A stretch of 64,000 nucleotides of DNA from an uncultured Solibacteraceae bacterium (GTDB lineage Bacteria > Acidobacteriota > Terriglobia > Bryobacterales > Bryobacteraceae). The notes under the pieces were generated by a model that was not told the DNA's origin, ran no database searches, and saw only the letters and a program-made list of their open reading frames with translations. Below, one piece after another: positions 44,983 to 54,296 of this stretch (the first letter of the stretch is position 1; the number at the start of each line of letters is the position of its first letter). The position numbers and the translations under genes are program-made. The stretch covers positions 3,909 to 67,908 of the forward strand of contig CAZZHN010000005.1 of NCBI GenBank assembly GCA_964654065.1. The letters run 5' to 3'.

Positions 44983-46416
44983 TCAGCTCCCGTTGTCGCG
45001 CTTGCGGCCGATGCCGATGACGGAGACGGAGGGCCAGGGAAACGCGCCGTCGATGCGGCGCCAGAGCCAGACCAGGCGGTCGAAGAACCAGAGCAGGGTG
45101 CGGCTGGAGTTGCGGCGCTTGAGCACGCGGCCGCTCAACCACCAGCCGGGGCGCGTGATGCGGTTGAAATGCAGCACGCTCTCCACGGCCAGGCCGGCGG
45201 CTTCCATCCTGGCGCGCAGTTCGCCTTCGCTGTAGCGGCGGAAGTGCCCCAGTTCCTCGTCGAGCGTGCCATAAATCGACTGGTCCTGCGGCACCAGCAC
45301 GATGGCGATGCCGCCCGGAACCAGCGCGCCGGCGATGTTGGCCAGGCCGGTGGCATCGTTCTCGATATGTTCGAGCACGTTGAGGCAGATCACGGTGTCA
45401 GCTTGGCCGGCCAGCTCCCTGAAATCCTGCGGAGAGCCCAGGTCGCAGTGCCGCAGCTTCACGTTGGGACGATTCTGGAAACGCACGCGCAGGCGGGCCA
45501 GGTGCTCGGGGTCGATATCGGTCGCGATGTAGAGCTTGCGGCCGGCGGCGAGGTGCCGCGTGAGGTTGCCCATGCCGGCGCCGATTTCGATCACGCGCGC
45601 GCCCACCCAGGGGCGGATGGTATCCGCCATCCAGCGGTTGAAGCGCGGCGTCTGCGAGAGGGCATCCAGCATGCCAGCGCCACGGTCGCGATAGATATCG
45701 CGCCGCAGGCCGTACCAGAGGACGGTGAACAAGGCCCACACCGCGTCCCGGAAGCCGATTTTTTTGCCTTCCTCATAGGTGCGGCCGCGGTAGCTGATGG
45801 GGACCTCATACAGGGCTACGCGGCGCTGGGCGAGCTTGACCGTAATCTCCGGATCGAAACCGAAGCGATTGCAGCGCAGCGGGATCGAGCGCACCAGCGA
45901 CAGGCGGAACGCCTTGTAGCCGGTTTCCATGTCGGTGAGATTCAGGTCCGCCACGGCGTTGCCCACGGTGGTCAGGAAATGATTGGCTAGCGAATGCCAG
46001 AAGTACATCACGCGGCGTTCGCCGGAGCTGGCGAAGCGCGAGCCGAAGACCGCGTCGGCGTGGCCCTCCAGAAGCGGCGCAAGAACTTTGGGCAGGTCGA
46101 GCGGGTTGTATTCCAGGTCGCTGTCCTGGATGACCGCGAATTCTCCGGAGGCGTGATCGATGGCGGTGCGGATCGCCGCTCCCTTGCCGCGGTTGCGGCC
46201 GTGCCGGATCACCTGAATTGCGCCGGGGTGCAGCCCGGCCATCTCTTCCAAAGCCTCCCCGGACCCATCGGTCGAACCGTCGTCAATTGCCACGATTTCG
46301 ATCGGCACCTGCTCCCACAGCGGAACCGCCAGCAGGCGCGTGATCAACGACGCCAGGTACTCCGCTTCGTTGTACACCGGGATCAGGATGGAGACTCGGG
46401 GGTTCGCGGGTACCAA
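44983..46416 (-). CDS. Bifunctional family-2 glycosyltransferase + class I SAM methyltransferase fusion
   Basis: N-terminal half: SILIPVYNE...IDDGSTDGS...IQDSDLEY (GT2, DPM1-like). C-terminal half: VIEIGAGMGNLT...LNVLEHIEND...GGIAIVLVP (methyltransferase). TTG start. Confidence 0.8.
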   Translation of the reverse strand: MVPANPRVSILIPVYNEAEYLASLITRLLAVPLWEQVPIEIVAIDDGSTDGSGEALEEMAGLHPGAIQVIRHGRNRGKGAAIRTAIDHASGEFAVIQDSDLEYNPLDLPKVLAPLLEGHADAVFGSRFASSGERRVMYFWHSLANHFLTTVGNAVADLNLTDMETGYKAFRLSLVRSIPLRCNRFGFDPEITVKLAQRRVALYEVPISYRGRTYEEGKKIGFRDAVWALFTVLWYGLRRDIYRDRGAGMLDALSQTPRFNRWMADTIRPWVGARVIEIGAGMGNLTRHLAAGRKLYIATDIDPEHLARLRVRFQNRPNVKLRHCDLGSPQDFRELAGQADTVICLNVLEHIENDATGLANIAGALVPGGIAIVLVPQDQSIYGTLDEELGHFRRYSEGELRARMEAAGLAVESVLHFNRITRPGWWLSGRVLKRRNSSRTLLWFFDRLVWLWRRIDGAFPWPSVSVIGIGRKRDNGS

Positions 46417-46584
46417 AACACGATGGTAGTACGGCGCGCCGGGTCCACGGAACCGTGCGACCCAACCGGCAGGCGGCGGCCTCGCTTGGATGTTGCAGCG
46501 GTAAACACCTCTGTCTCTAAATAGCTACCGGCAGGCCATTGACTTCCCATACAATAGAGTCACACTGTACTTGAGAGGTGCAAG

Positions 46585-47814
46585 ATGAAGCCGGTAGGGA
46601 TCGCAATCCTGTCCATCGCACTGCTGGCCATCACTGCGGCTCCGGGCAAGGCGCAGTATGTTGTGTCCGCCAAGTCCGGCATGGTCAATCTCACGGAGGG
46701 CCAGGTGGAGTTGAACGGCCAACCCGTGGAATCGTCGCTAACCCACTACCCCGACATCAAAGAAGGAAACGTGCTGCGCACCGAGGACGGGCGCGCCGAG
46801 GTGTTGCTGACCCCCGGCGTGACTCTGCGCCTGGGTGACCACGCCAGCTTCAAAATGCTCACGAACCGGCTGATCGATACCCGCCTGGAATTGTTGGAGG
46901 GATCGGCGATTGTGGAGGCCGGCCAGATCAGCAAGGACACCAGCGTCACGGTTGTCGTCAACAACGCTGCGGTGTCCCTGCCCAAAGCCGGCATCTACCG
47001 GTTCAGTTTCGAACCCGCGCAAGTCAGGGTGTTCAGCGGTGAGGCCGCGGTGCAGATCGGCCCCGACACCACGCTGGTAGCAGCCGGCAGAATGTGCGCG
47101 CTCGGCGCCACGGCTGCGGTAGAGAAGTTCAACGCGAACGAGACCGATGCGCTGGATCACTGGAGCCACCGCCGCGCGGAATTGATGTCGATGGCGAACG
47201 TTTCCGGCGCGAGCTCGCTCAATTCCAGCTCGGCGTCGTATAGCCCGGGCTACTGGGGCGGATTCGGGATGCTCGGGATGGGCGGCTGCTCCGGCCTCGG
47301 CTATATGCCGTTCGGCTATGGTTCCTATGGTTCCGGGTTCTGGTCGTTCAATCCCTGGTACGGCATGTACACCTACATTCCGTGCAACGGGATGGCTTAT
47401 AGCCCGTACGGCTACGGATACTGGAGTCCGGGCACGGTGCAGACCTTTGTTAACTCCGGGGGCACAGCGGGCGGCACCACCGGCGTGGTACGCCGTGGAC
47501 CCGGCATCACCGGGCATGGTCCCGTCGTTTCGCCCGGGCGAGCGCCGCTGGCACTGGCCGTCAACGGGTCGCACACCCCGGGATACCGGGCCGGAACCGG
47601 AACAGGCGCCATCTACGGCCGTCCTAGTTCTGGCGGCGGGTTTGGCGGCGGGTATAGCGGTGGATTTGGCGCATCGCGCGGAACTTCAGCAGGCAGCAGC
47701 GGCGGATCCAGTGCGGCCGCCAGTCACAGCAGCGCCGGTGGTGGACTTGCCGGCGGTGCGGGAATCGGCACGGGTCTGCCCGTTGGTGGTGGCGGCGGGG
47801 CTAGCCACAAGTAA
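46585..47814 (+). CDS. Secreted FecR-domain protein with Gly/Tyr/Trp-rich then Gly/Ser-rich low-complexity C-terminus
   Basis: Signal peptide. FecR-like beta region (GNVLRTEDGRAEVLLTPGVTLRLGDHASFKM...GSAIVEAG). Tail GYWGGFGMLGMGG...YGYGYWSPG...GGGFGGGYSGGFG. Confidence 0.7.
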   Translation: MKPVGIAILSIALLAITAAPGKAQYVVSAKSGMVNLTEGQVELNGQPVESSLTHYPDIKEGNVLRTEDGRAEVLLTPGVTLRLGDHASFKMLTNRLIDTRLELLEGSAIVEAGQISKDTSVTVVVNNAAVSLPKAGIYRFSFEPAQVRVFSGEAAVQIGPDTTLVAAGRMCALGATAAVEKFNANETDALDHWSHRRAELMSMANVSGASSLNSSSASYSPGYWGGFGMLGMGGCSGLGYMPFGYGSYGSGFWSFNPWYGMYTYIPCNGMAYSPYGYGYWSPGTVQTFVNSGGTAGGTTGVVRRGPGITGHGPVVSPGRAPLALAVNGSHTPGYRAGTGTGAIYGRPSSGGGFGGGYSGGFGASRGTSAGSSGGSSAAASHSSAGGGLAGGAGIGTGLPVGGGGGASHK

Positions 47815-47840
47815 GGCGAAAGACCTCTTAGACGGGTAAA

Positions 47841-47875
47841 GGCCCGATGGCGTAACCGCCATCGGGCCTTTTTTC
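47841..47875 (+). terminator. Rho-independent terminator between convergent genes
   Basis: Perfect 12-bp stem GGCCCGATGGCG/CGCCATCGGGCC, loop TAAC, followed by TTTTTTC. Confidence 0.8.
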
Positions 47876-47921
47876 TTGGTCTTAGCGAATCCTTCTGAAT
47901 GGCGCGGTTTAGCTGTGCCGG

Positions 47922-48362
47922 TCAGACTGCCTGGCGCAACGGACGGTGACGGCGACTGGCGCGGACCCCGATCAGTTCCGCCACTTCCCCTAGCAGGGCC
48001 GGCAGATTCTCCGTGTAAATCGAGACCTCGGAAGCTGCTCGTTGGTAACGGCTTTTCGATTTGCTTTGGCCCGATGTGATGAAGGCGGTAGCCGGACGAT
48101 ACTCCTTGACGCGGGCATACGCCAGAAGATTGCGTCCGGCGGTATCGGCGCCGCTCTCGCCGTCGCTCAAAACGAGGTCGTATTCTCCCTCATCCAGCTT
48201 GGCCAGCGCTTCGGCTGGTGTCGCGGCGGCGTCCACCGCATATCCGCTCGCCTGGAGAATAGTCTGAATGGTTAGCCGAGGTGCAAGATCGCCATGCATC
48301 AGCAGAACACGGGCGAGATCTAACGCCCGGTGCTTCGAATTGTAGCCAGTGGTTATCTGCAT
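47922..48362 (-). CDS. Single-domain receiver-like protein (divergent CheY-like)
   Basis: RVLLMHGD...YDLVLSD...AFITSG pattern. The acidic pair and the conserved Lys are not evident. Confidence 0.55.
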   Translation of the reverse strand: MQITTGYNSKHRALDLARVLLMHGDLAPRLTIQTILQASGYAVDAAATPAEALAKLDEGEYDLVLSDGESGADTAGRNLLAYARVKEYRPATAFITSGQSKSKSRYQRAASEVSIYTENLPALLGEVAELIGVRASRRHRPLRQAV

Positions 48363-48519
48363 CAGAGGCCCTAAGACTACTTTAACCGAGAATGCCCGAT
48401 TTCGAGCCGGAAAATTTGGATGCTCAACAATTTAGACGAGATAGCACTAATCTCGGCCGAGAGTCATAGTACCTTTGGTCTACATCATGCGAAGCGTTTG
48501 GCCCAAAGTATGCCGTAAA

Positions 48520-49395
48520 TCACTGCAAGTGCCCCATCTTGCCGGATCGGTAGTCATCCATGGCCTGTTGCAATTCCTCGCGGGTGTTCATCACGAATGG
48601 ACCATAGCGGGAAACCGGCTCGCCAATTGGCTGGCCAGCGATCAACAAAAGGCTGAGCGGAGCGGAACCAGTGTTGCGAATACCAACACCATCGGCCCCG
48701 CGGTCGAATAGCACTACCTGATTGGCGGATGCAGCGCTGGCTCCGAACGCAGCCTGGCCCTCAATCACGAACGCAAAGGCGTTATGGGTTGTGTCGAGCG
48801 GCTGAGAGTGGTCCGCCCCGGGCGCCAGGGTAAGGTGCAGGTACAGGATCGGGATGCGAGTTTCGATCACACCCGGCACGCCGAGTGCCTGGCCGGTGAT
48901 CACCTTGGCCGTGACGCTGCCGTCGGCGCTGCGGGCGACCGGGATGCGGGCGGCCGGCGTGTCCTGGTAGCGCGGCGTAATCATCTTGTCGCGGCGCGGC
49001 AGGTTGACCCAGAGCTGGAATCCGTGAAGCCGGCCGCCCTCGCGCACCAGCGAATCGCCGGGCAGTTCGGAATGGACCAGGCCGGAGCCGGCCGTCATCC
49101 ACTGCACGTCGCCGGCACGGAGCGTGCCATGGTTTCCCCAGGAATCGCGGTGCTCCATTTCGCCACTCAAGAGGTAGGTGACGGTTTCGAAGCCGCGGTG
49201 AGGATGCGGCGGGAAACCAGGTACCTTGCCCGGCTGAGTGTCGAGCGGGCCCATCTGGTCCAGAAGCAGGAAGGGGTCGAAATCCATCAACTGGGCGCCC
49301 GGGAACGCGCGCCGCAAGGGAACGCCGGCGCCATCCTCCGCGCGGGGTGCCGTAAAGACGCGGCTTACACCGCGCAAATCCGTTTGAGCCGTCAT
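48520..49395 (-). CDS. Pirin-family protein
   Basis: Start ATG 49395 after GGGAGGAG. FPPHPHRGFETVTYLLSGEMEHRDS...WMTAGSGLVHSE is a diagnostic cupin motif. The ORF-track 5' extension is rejected. Confidence 0.9.
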   Translation of the reverse strand: MTAQTDLRGVSRVFTAPRAEDGAGVPLRRAFPGAQLMDFDPFLLLDQMGPLDTQPGKVPGFPPHPHRGFETVTYLLSGEMEHRDSWGNHGTLRAGDVQWMTAGSGLVHSELPGDSLVREGGRLHGFQLWVNLPRRDKMITPRYQDTPAARIPVARSADGSVTAKVITGQALGVPGVIETRIPILYLHLTLAPGADHSQPLDTTHNAFAFVIEGQAAFGASAASANQVVLFDRGADGVGIRNTGSAPLSLLLIAGQPIGEPVSRYGPFVMNTREELQQAMDDYRSGKMGHLQ

Positions 49396-49465
49396 GGTTC
49401 TCCTCCCGAGTGCCGCCGGACCGGGTCTTCCAGAGGGAAAAGGCCGGCCCGCAGCCTCGATATTT

Positions 49466-49481
49466 ATCTTGATATCAAGAT
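49466..49481. promoter_or_regulatory. Perfect 16-bp palindrome ATCTTGATATCAAGAT in the pirin/marR divergent region (candidate MarR operator)
   Basis: Overlaps the putative -35 (TTGATA 49469-49474) of the marR promoter. Confidence 0.45.
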
Positions 49482-49496
49482 ATTTGATGCTAAGAT
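49469..49496 (+). promoter_or_regulatory. Candidate marR promoter TTGATA-16 nt-TAAGAT
   Basis: Hexamers at 49469-49474 and 49491-49496. AAGGA RBS, then ATG 49515. Confidence 0.4.
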
Positions 49497-49514
49497 ACAG
49501 CCAAGGATGCAGGC

Positions 49515-49970
49515 ATGCAGACCGCCAGCGGCACGAGGCTTTGGCTGATTCTCTGGAAGGCATTCGACAGTTTGCGGCAGCACGCCGAGCGGCACATACG
49601 TTCGCTCGGCCTGGGGTTGTCGGATTTCGGCGTGTTGGAGATCCTTTTTCACAAAGGCTGCCAGCCGGTGAACGTGATCGGAGGCATGCTGCGGCTCACC
49701 AGCGGCTCGATCACCGTTGCCATAGACCGGCTGGCTGGCAAGGGTCTGGTGAAGAGGTCGGGAGATCCGCACGACGGCCGTGCGCGCCTGATTCACCTGA
49801 CCGCGGCAGGCAGAGCGCTGATCAGTTGCGCCTTTGCCGATCACGAACGCGCGATGGAGAACGCCACCGCCGGCCTAACCGCCCGCGAACGCGGCCAAGC
49901 CGTCCGGCTGCTGAAGAAGCTCGGCCTGACGGCGCAAGCCAGGCTGGAAGACCGCGCGAAGCCAGTCTGA
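49515..49970 (+). CDS. MarR-family transcriptional regulator
   Basis: Winged-helix pattern LGLGLSDFGVLEILFHKG...LTSGSITVAIDRLAGKGLVKRSGDPHDGRARLIHLT. Confidence 0.85.
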   Translation: MQTASGTRLWLILWKAFDSLRQHAERHIRSLGLGLSDFGVLEILFHKGCQPVNVIGGMLRLTSGSITVAIDRLAGKGLVKRSGDPHDGRARLIHLTAAGRALISCAFADHERAMENATAGLTARERGQAVRLLKKLGLTAQARLEDRAKPV

Positions 49971-49982
49971 CGGGTGCCGTGG

Positions 49983-51617
49983 CTACAGGCGGCGGGCTAC
50001 CACCAGGGTGATGTCGTCCGCCTGCGGCGCCCCGGCGGTGAACTCCTTGAGAGCGGAGGTAACCGCCTCGACGATCTCCCGCGCAGGGCGTGCGCGGTTT
50101 TCGCTCAAGACCTTGATAAAGCGCTCCTCGCCGAACTCGTCGTACTCCAGATTGTTGGCTTCCGTGACGCCGTCGCTGTAGAGCACGAGCAGGTCGCCGG
50201 GCGCCAGGTTGGCGGTCTGCTCGCTGTAAGGAGCGATGGAAATGATGCCCAGCACCGGGCCGCCGCCTTCGAGCATCTGCGCCTCGCCGGAGGCGCGCAG
50301 CAGGACCGGCGGATTATGACCCGCGTTGGCAAACCGCAGATCGCCCGAAACCGCGTCGAGAACGCTGAAGAAGAACGTGATGAAGCGGTTGCTGGGGCAG
50401 GTGGCGCAGGTAGCTTTGTTGATCCGCGCCATGAAATCGCCGAGGTCCCCGGGGTTCTCCGCCAGCACGTGAACGCGCGCGTGCAGCGCCATCATCATCA
50501 GCGAGGCCGGCATGCCTTTGCCCGAAACGTCGCCCAGCGCGAGACCGACGCTGGGGCCGGCGTACGGGAAGAAATCGTAGTAATCGCCGCCGACGGTGCG
50601 GCACGGCACGTTGAAGCCGGCCAGGTCCAGACCGGCGATTTCCGGCGCCTGGGCTGGCAGCATACCGCCCTGGATCTCGGCAGCCTGCGACAAATCGCGC
50701 TGCATGATGCGCTCGGCGGCCTCTACTTCGGCCAGGCGCGCGTGTTCGATGCGGATGGCCGCCACGTTGGCCATCACCGTCAGCAGGCTGAGATCGTTGC
50801 GGGTGAACTCGCGGAGGATGAAGGGCGAATCCACGTAGATCAGGCCGATGATGCGCTCCTTGGTCTGGAGCGGGACGGCCATCATGGTGTGAACCTTCTG
50901 CTCCACGATGCTCATCCGGCCCTTGAAGGCGTCGTCGAGCTGCGCGTCGCGCACCAGCACGGACGATCTTTCTTTGAGCACCCGGTCGCGAACCGCAGTG
51001 GAGATCCGGAAGGCGTCGCCCTTGTGGGCCTTGGCAACCAGATCCTCGCCCTCCAGCAGCAGCAGCACGCCGCGCTGCGCGTTGACCGCCTGAATCGACA
51101 AATCCAGAATGAGCGGGAACAGCTCCATGAGCGGCCGGCTCTCGGCCAGCTCCTGGCCGGCGTGAATCAACGCCTGCATGGCGGCGGAGGGCTTGGCGCC
51201 GCCGCCGGGCTCCACAACGATGGTGCGGTTTGCGTTTTCCAGGCTGGTAATCAAAGTCGACGTGCTGGGCGAATCGGTCTCGCCGCCCTCGAACACCACG
51301 ACGCCGGGCGGTGCAGCGTTGGCCGGGGGAGCGAACACGATGGCCAGGTGGCCGGCGGTGACGCGGTCGCCGGGGCGCAGCACCAGCCTCGCCTTGAGTG
51401 GAATGCCGTTGACAAATGTGCCGTTCTTGCTGCCCAGGTCCTGTACCGTCCAGTCGTCTCCGGCAGGCTCGAGGGCGAAGTGCTGGCGCGAGAGGCCGGC
51501 ATCTTCCGGAAAGCTCAATTCGACCGCACTGGAGCGTCCAACCGTCAACCGGCTGCCGGAAAGCGGAACGGTCTTCGCCTGCCCATCGGGACCTTGAATC
51601 AGAATTTCGAGCGCCAT
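49983..51617 (-). CDS. FHA + GAF + PP2C/SpoIIE-type serine phosphatase
   Basis: FHA (LTVGRSS...SRQHFAL...VQDLGSKNGTFVNG). Central GAF-like region. SpoIIE motifs (GGDYYDFF, LGDVSGKGMPASLMM, NAGHNPP, LYSDGVTEA). Confidence 0.85.
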   Translation of the reverse strand: MALEILIQGPDGQAKTVPLSGSRLTVGRSSAVELSFPEDAGLSRQHFALEPAGDDWTVQDLGSKNGTFVNGIPLKARLVLRPGDRVTAGHLAIVFAPPANAAPPGVVVFEGGETDSPSTSTLITSLENANRTIVVEPGGGAKPSAAMQALIHAGQELAESRPLMELFPLILDLSIQAVNAQRGVLLLLEGEDLVAKAHKGDAFRISTAVRDRVLKERSSVLVRDAQLDDAFKGRMSIVEQKVHTMMAVPLQTKERIIGLIYVDSPFILREFTRNDLSLLTVMANVAAIRIEHARLAEVEAAERIMQRDLSQAAEIQGGMLPAQAPEIAGLDLAGFNVPCRTVGGDYYDFFPYAGPSVGLALGDVSGKGMPASLMMMALHARVHVLAENPGDLGDFMARINKATCATCPSNRFITFFFSVLDAVSGDLRFANAGHNPPVLLRASGEAQMLEGGGPVLGIISIAPYSEQTANLAPGDLLVLYSDGVTEANNLEYDEFGEERFIKVLSENRARPAREIVEAVTSALKEFTAGAPQADDITLVVARRL

Positions 51618-51681
51618 CGGTGTGAACCATTCTAGCGCGGACCCGTTGCGAGTGACGGTTTGGGGGTGGGACGATACTTAT

Positions 51682-54171
51682 ATGACCCTGCGGCTTATTC
51701 CGGTAGCCGCGCTCTTGGTGTTTTCGGCATTCGCGCAGCCTTCGCGCCTCAATCTCCCCGCCCGTGGCTTCGCCGGGGAGTCCATCAGCGCCCTTACCTT
51801 TGGCGGTTCCGGCCATGATTCCATCAATGCGGCCGCGGTGGATCTGGCTGGAAACATCTATGTGACCGGCACGACGTCGTCTTTCGATTTCCCGCGCGCT
51901 AACGCTTTTCAGAGTTACAACCCAGGCAAGCAGGTTGTCGTCAGCAGCGATGCCGGCGCCATGTGGCAGGGGGTGGCCACGCCATTTCCAGCCGCCACGG
52001 GCACGGTTTGGATTACACCCGACCCGACCAACGGCCAGATTGTCTATTTCGCTTACGGTCAGAGTGTCTGCAAGAGCACGGATAGCGGCATTCAGTTCCA
52101 TTGCGTAACGCTGCCGCTCAGTTCTCAGGCAACTGTCACCTCCCTCGCCATTGACCCGCTGCAGCCGCTGACCGTTTACGCGAGCGCCGAGTCGAACGGC
52201 GGCGCATTCAAGAGCGTGGACGGCGGCCAGACCTGGGCGAATGCGAGTTCGGGCCTGCCGGCGGGCGGGTTCATCGACACGGTCACGATCGATCCGTTTC
52301 ACACCAACGTGCTTTTCGCCTGGGCGGGCTACCAGGCATCGGTATCCAACGACGGCGCGACTACCTGGGTGCCCCTGGCCTTGCCGTGGCCGCCGGGCGG
52401 GTCCGTTTCCGGCGGCGTGCACTTCACCTTCGACCCGGTTATGCCGGGGATTGTTTATGGCCCGTCGCTTTCGCTGAGCCAGTTCGGCGTCCAGAAAAGC
52501 ACCGACGGCGGCGCCACCTGGACGCAGCTAAGCACTCCGTTCGTCGGTTCCAACGTAGTTCCCGACCCGAAGGTTTCGGGGCTGTTGTATGCGATTGCTC
52601 CGCCGGTGAACAGTCAAAGCCCGTCGTTCCCGCTCTGGAAAAGTGCTGATGGCGGCGCCACCTGGACGTCTTCCCCGTCGCCCGCCGACTCGGAGAGCGT
52701 TCTGGCCGTGGATCCTGCGAACTCGCAGATCATGCTGGCAGGAGCGTTTCGCAGCACCGACGGCGGCCAAACCTGGAGCCCCACCAACGTTTCCCGCGAC
52801 ATTGAGCCCGCGTTCGCGCCGTCCGCAGCCGGTTTGGTCTACGCGACTGCTCCGATCACCACCGACGCGTTCCTCGCCAAGTTTTTACCCGACGGCAAGA
52901 CGGTCGTGTTCTCGACATACTTCGGCGGCATGGGAAACGATACCGGGCAAGGCATCGCACTCGATTCATCCGGAAATATCTGCATCACCGGCAGCACGTC
53001 CTCGTTTGACCTGCCGGTTACTCCGGGCGCTTCGCAGAGCACGCTGCTCGGTGTGACCAACACCTTCGCCGCGAAATTCTCCAATCAAGGCGAGCTGCTG
53101 GCAGCCACCTACCTGGGCGGCTCCAGCAGCGACCAGGGATTGGGCATCGCCATCGGCCCGCAAGGAAATCCCTGGTTGATCGGCAACTGGAGTTCGGCTG
53201 ATTTTCCTTTTACCACCGCGCCACCCGCGACTCTTCCGCCTACACCGGTCGGATTTCTGGCCGAACTTGATCCCTCCGCCGGGCGGCTGCTATATTCGGC
53301 CAACATCGGCGCGGCGCTCGATGGAAATGGGAAAGGGATCGCGATCGATCCCTCGGGGAACATCACGCTGACGGGCTCGGTTTACGGCACGTTCCCGGTC
53401 ACTCCCGGCGCGTTCCAGGCAGGCGAAGCCGATGCCAATGCGCCCAAGGCTTTCGTGCTCAAACTGACTCCATCCGCGAGCGTAGTCTATTCGACTTTTT
53501 TTGGCGGAACCGCAGGCTCGCCGACAACCGGCAGCTATGAACCCACGCAGGATTATGGCGTCGCCGTGGCCGTGGACAGAGCAGGCAACGCTTACGTCGC
53601 GGGCCGCACCGACGACACCGATTTTCCGGTTACAGCCGGCGCGTATCAGACCATTCTTGCTGCGGGCTGCTCTTATCCCGCCGTCTCGATCGACACCGGT
53701 TTCGTCGGCAACATTCTCGACTGGTACGTGGACGATGTCTTCGTAATCAAGCTGAGCCCGGATGGCAAGACCGCGCTGTTTTCGACGCTCCTCGGCGGGT
53801 CGTGCTATGACCGCCCGACCAGCATTGCGCTGGATACGACAGGCCGCATTTATGTAGCCGGAGAAACCGATTCCGAGAATTTTCCGCGGGTTTCGGCCGT
53901 CGAACCCGCCCCGACGGACTCTCAATACGCTTCGTTCGTGTCGGTGTTGAATCCGGCCGGATCCGCCTTGACCTTCTCGACGTACCTTTATGCGGGCTCG
54001 GCGCCCACCGTCGTGGTCGGCCCCGAAAGAGCGATTCGAGTCGCCGGCAGCACCGGCACCGGCGCACAGACCAGCCCCTTCTTAGGCTGCTACCCCGGCC
54101 CTTGTCCTGCCACCACCATGCACGGCGATCTGGTGCTGATCAAGCCGCGCGAGCAGCGGCCCGCTTTCTGA
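51682..54171 (+). CDS. Secreted BNR/Asp-box beta-propeller + SBBP (beta-propeller repeat) protein
   Basis: Start ATG 51682 (signal MTLRLIPVAALLVFSAFAQ). At least 6 Asp-boxes (SVDGGQTW, STDGGATW, SADGGATW, STDGGQTW...). SBBP units (FSTYFGGMGNDTGQGIALDSSGNICITGSTSSFDLPVT and others). Confidence 0.8.
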   Translation: MTLRLIPVAALLVFSAFAQPSRLNLPARGFAGESISALTFGGSGHDSINAAAVDLAGNIYVTGTTSSFDFPRANAFQSYNPGKQVVVSSDAGAMWQGVATPFPAATGTVWITPDPTNGQIVYFAYGQSVCKSTDSGIQFHCVTLPLSSQATVTSLAIDPLQPLTVYASAESNGGAFKSVDGGQTWANASSGLPAGGFIDTVTIDPFHTNVLFAWAGYQASVSNDGATTWVPLALPWPPGGSVSGGVHFTFDPVMPGIVYGPSLSLSQFGVQKSTDGGATWTQLSTPFVGSNVVPDPKVSGLLYAIAPPVNSQSPSFPLWKSADGGATWTSSPSPADSESVLAVDPANSQIMLAGAFRSTDGGQTWSPTNVSRDIEPAFAPSAAGLVYATAPITTDAFLAKFLPDGKTVVFSTYFGGMGNDTGQGIALDSSGNICITGSTSSFDLPVTPGASQSTLLGVTNTFAAKFSNQGELLAATYLGGSSSDQGLGIAIGPQGNPWLIGNWSSADFPFTTAPPATLPPTPVGFLAELDPSAGRLLYSANIGAALDGNGKGIAIDPSGNITLTGSVYGTFPVTPGAFQAGEADANAPKAFVLKLTPSASVVYSTFFGGTAGSPTTGSYEPTQDYGVAVAVDRAGNAYVAGRTDDTDFPVTAGAYQTILAAGCSYPAVSIDTGFVGNILDWYVDDVFVIKLSPDGKTALFSTLLGGSCYDRPTSIALDTTGRIYVAGETDSENFPRVSAVEPAPTDSQYASFVSVLNPAGSALTFSTYLYAGSAPTVVVGPERAIRVAGSTGTGAQTSPFLGCYPGPCPATTMHGDLVLIKPREQRPAF

Positions 54172-54196
54172 TCCGGCTCCGCTCAGGGCTCCGGCT

Positions 54197-54216
54197 GGCA
54201 GGCGGAAGCGCCTGCC
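54197..54216 (+). terminator. GC hairpin after the SBBP gene (no U-run)
   Basis: GGCAGGCG-GAAG-CGCCTGCC, an 8-bp perfect stem 25 nt after the stop. Confidence 0.3.
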
Positions 54217-54257
54217 CCACTCCGTTCGCGGAAATCATTATGGAACGTCTATGATGC

Positions 54258-54281
54258 GGGCCGGGCATGCCCGGCCCCTAC
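54258..54281 (-). repeat. REP-like element (family 1), second copy
   Basis: Minus strand reads GTAG-GGGCCGGGCATGCCCGGCCC, identical to 37144-37167. Located between convergent genes. Confidence 0.6.
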
Positions 54282-54296
54282 AACGGTTCGGCAACC

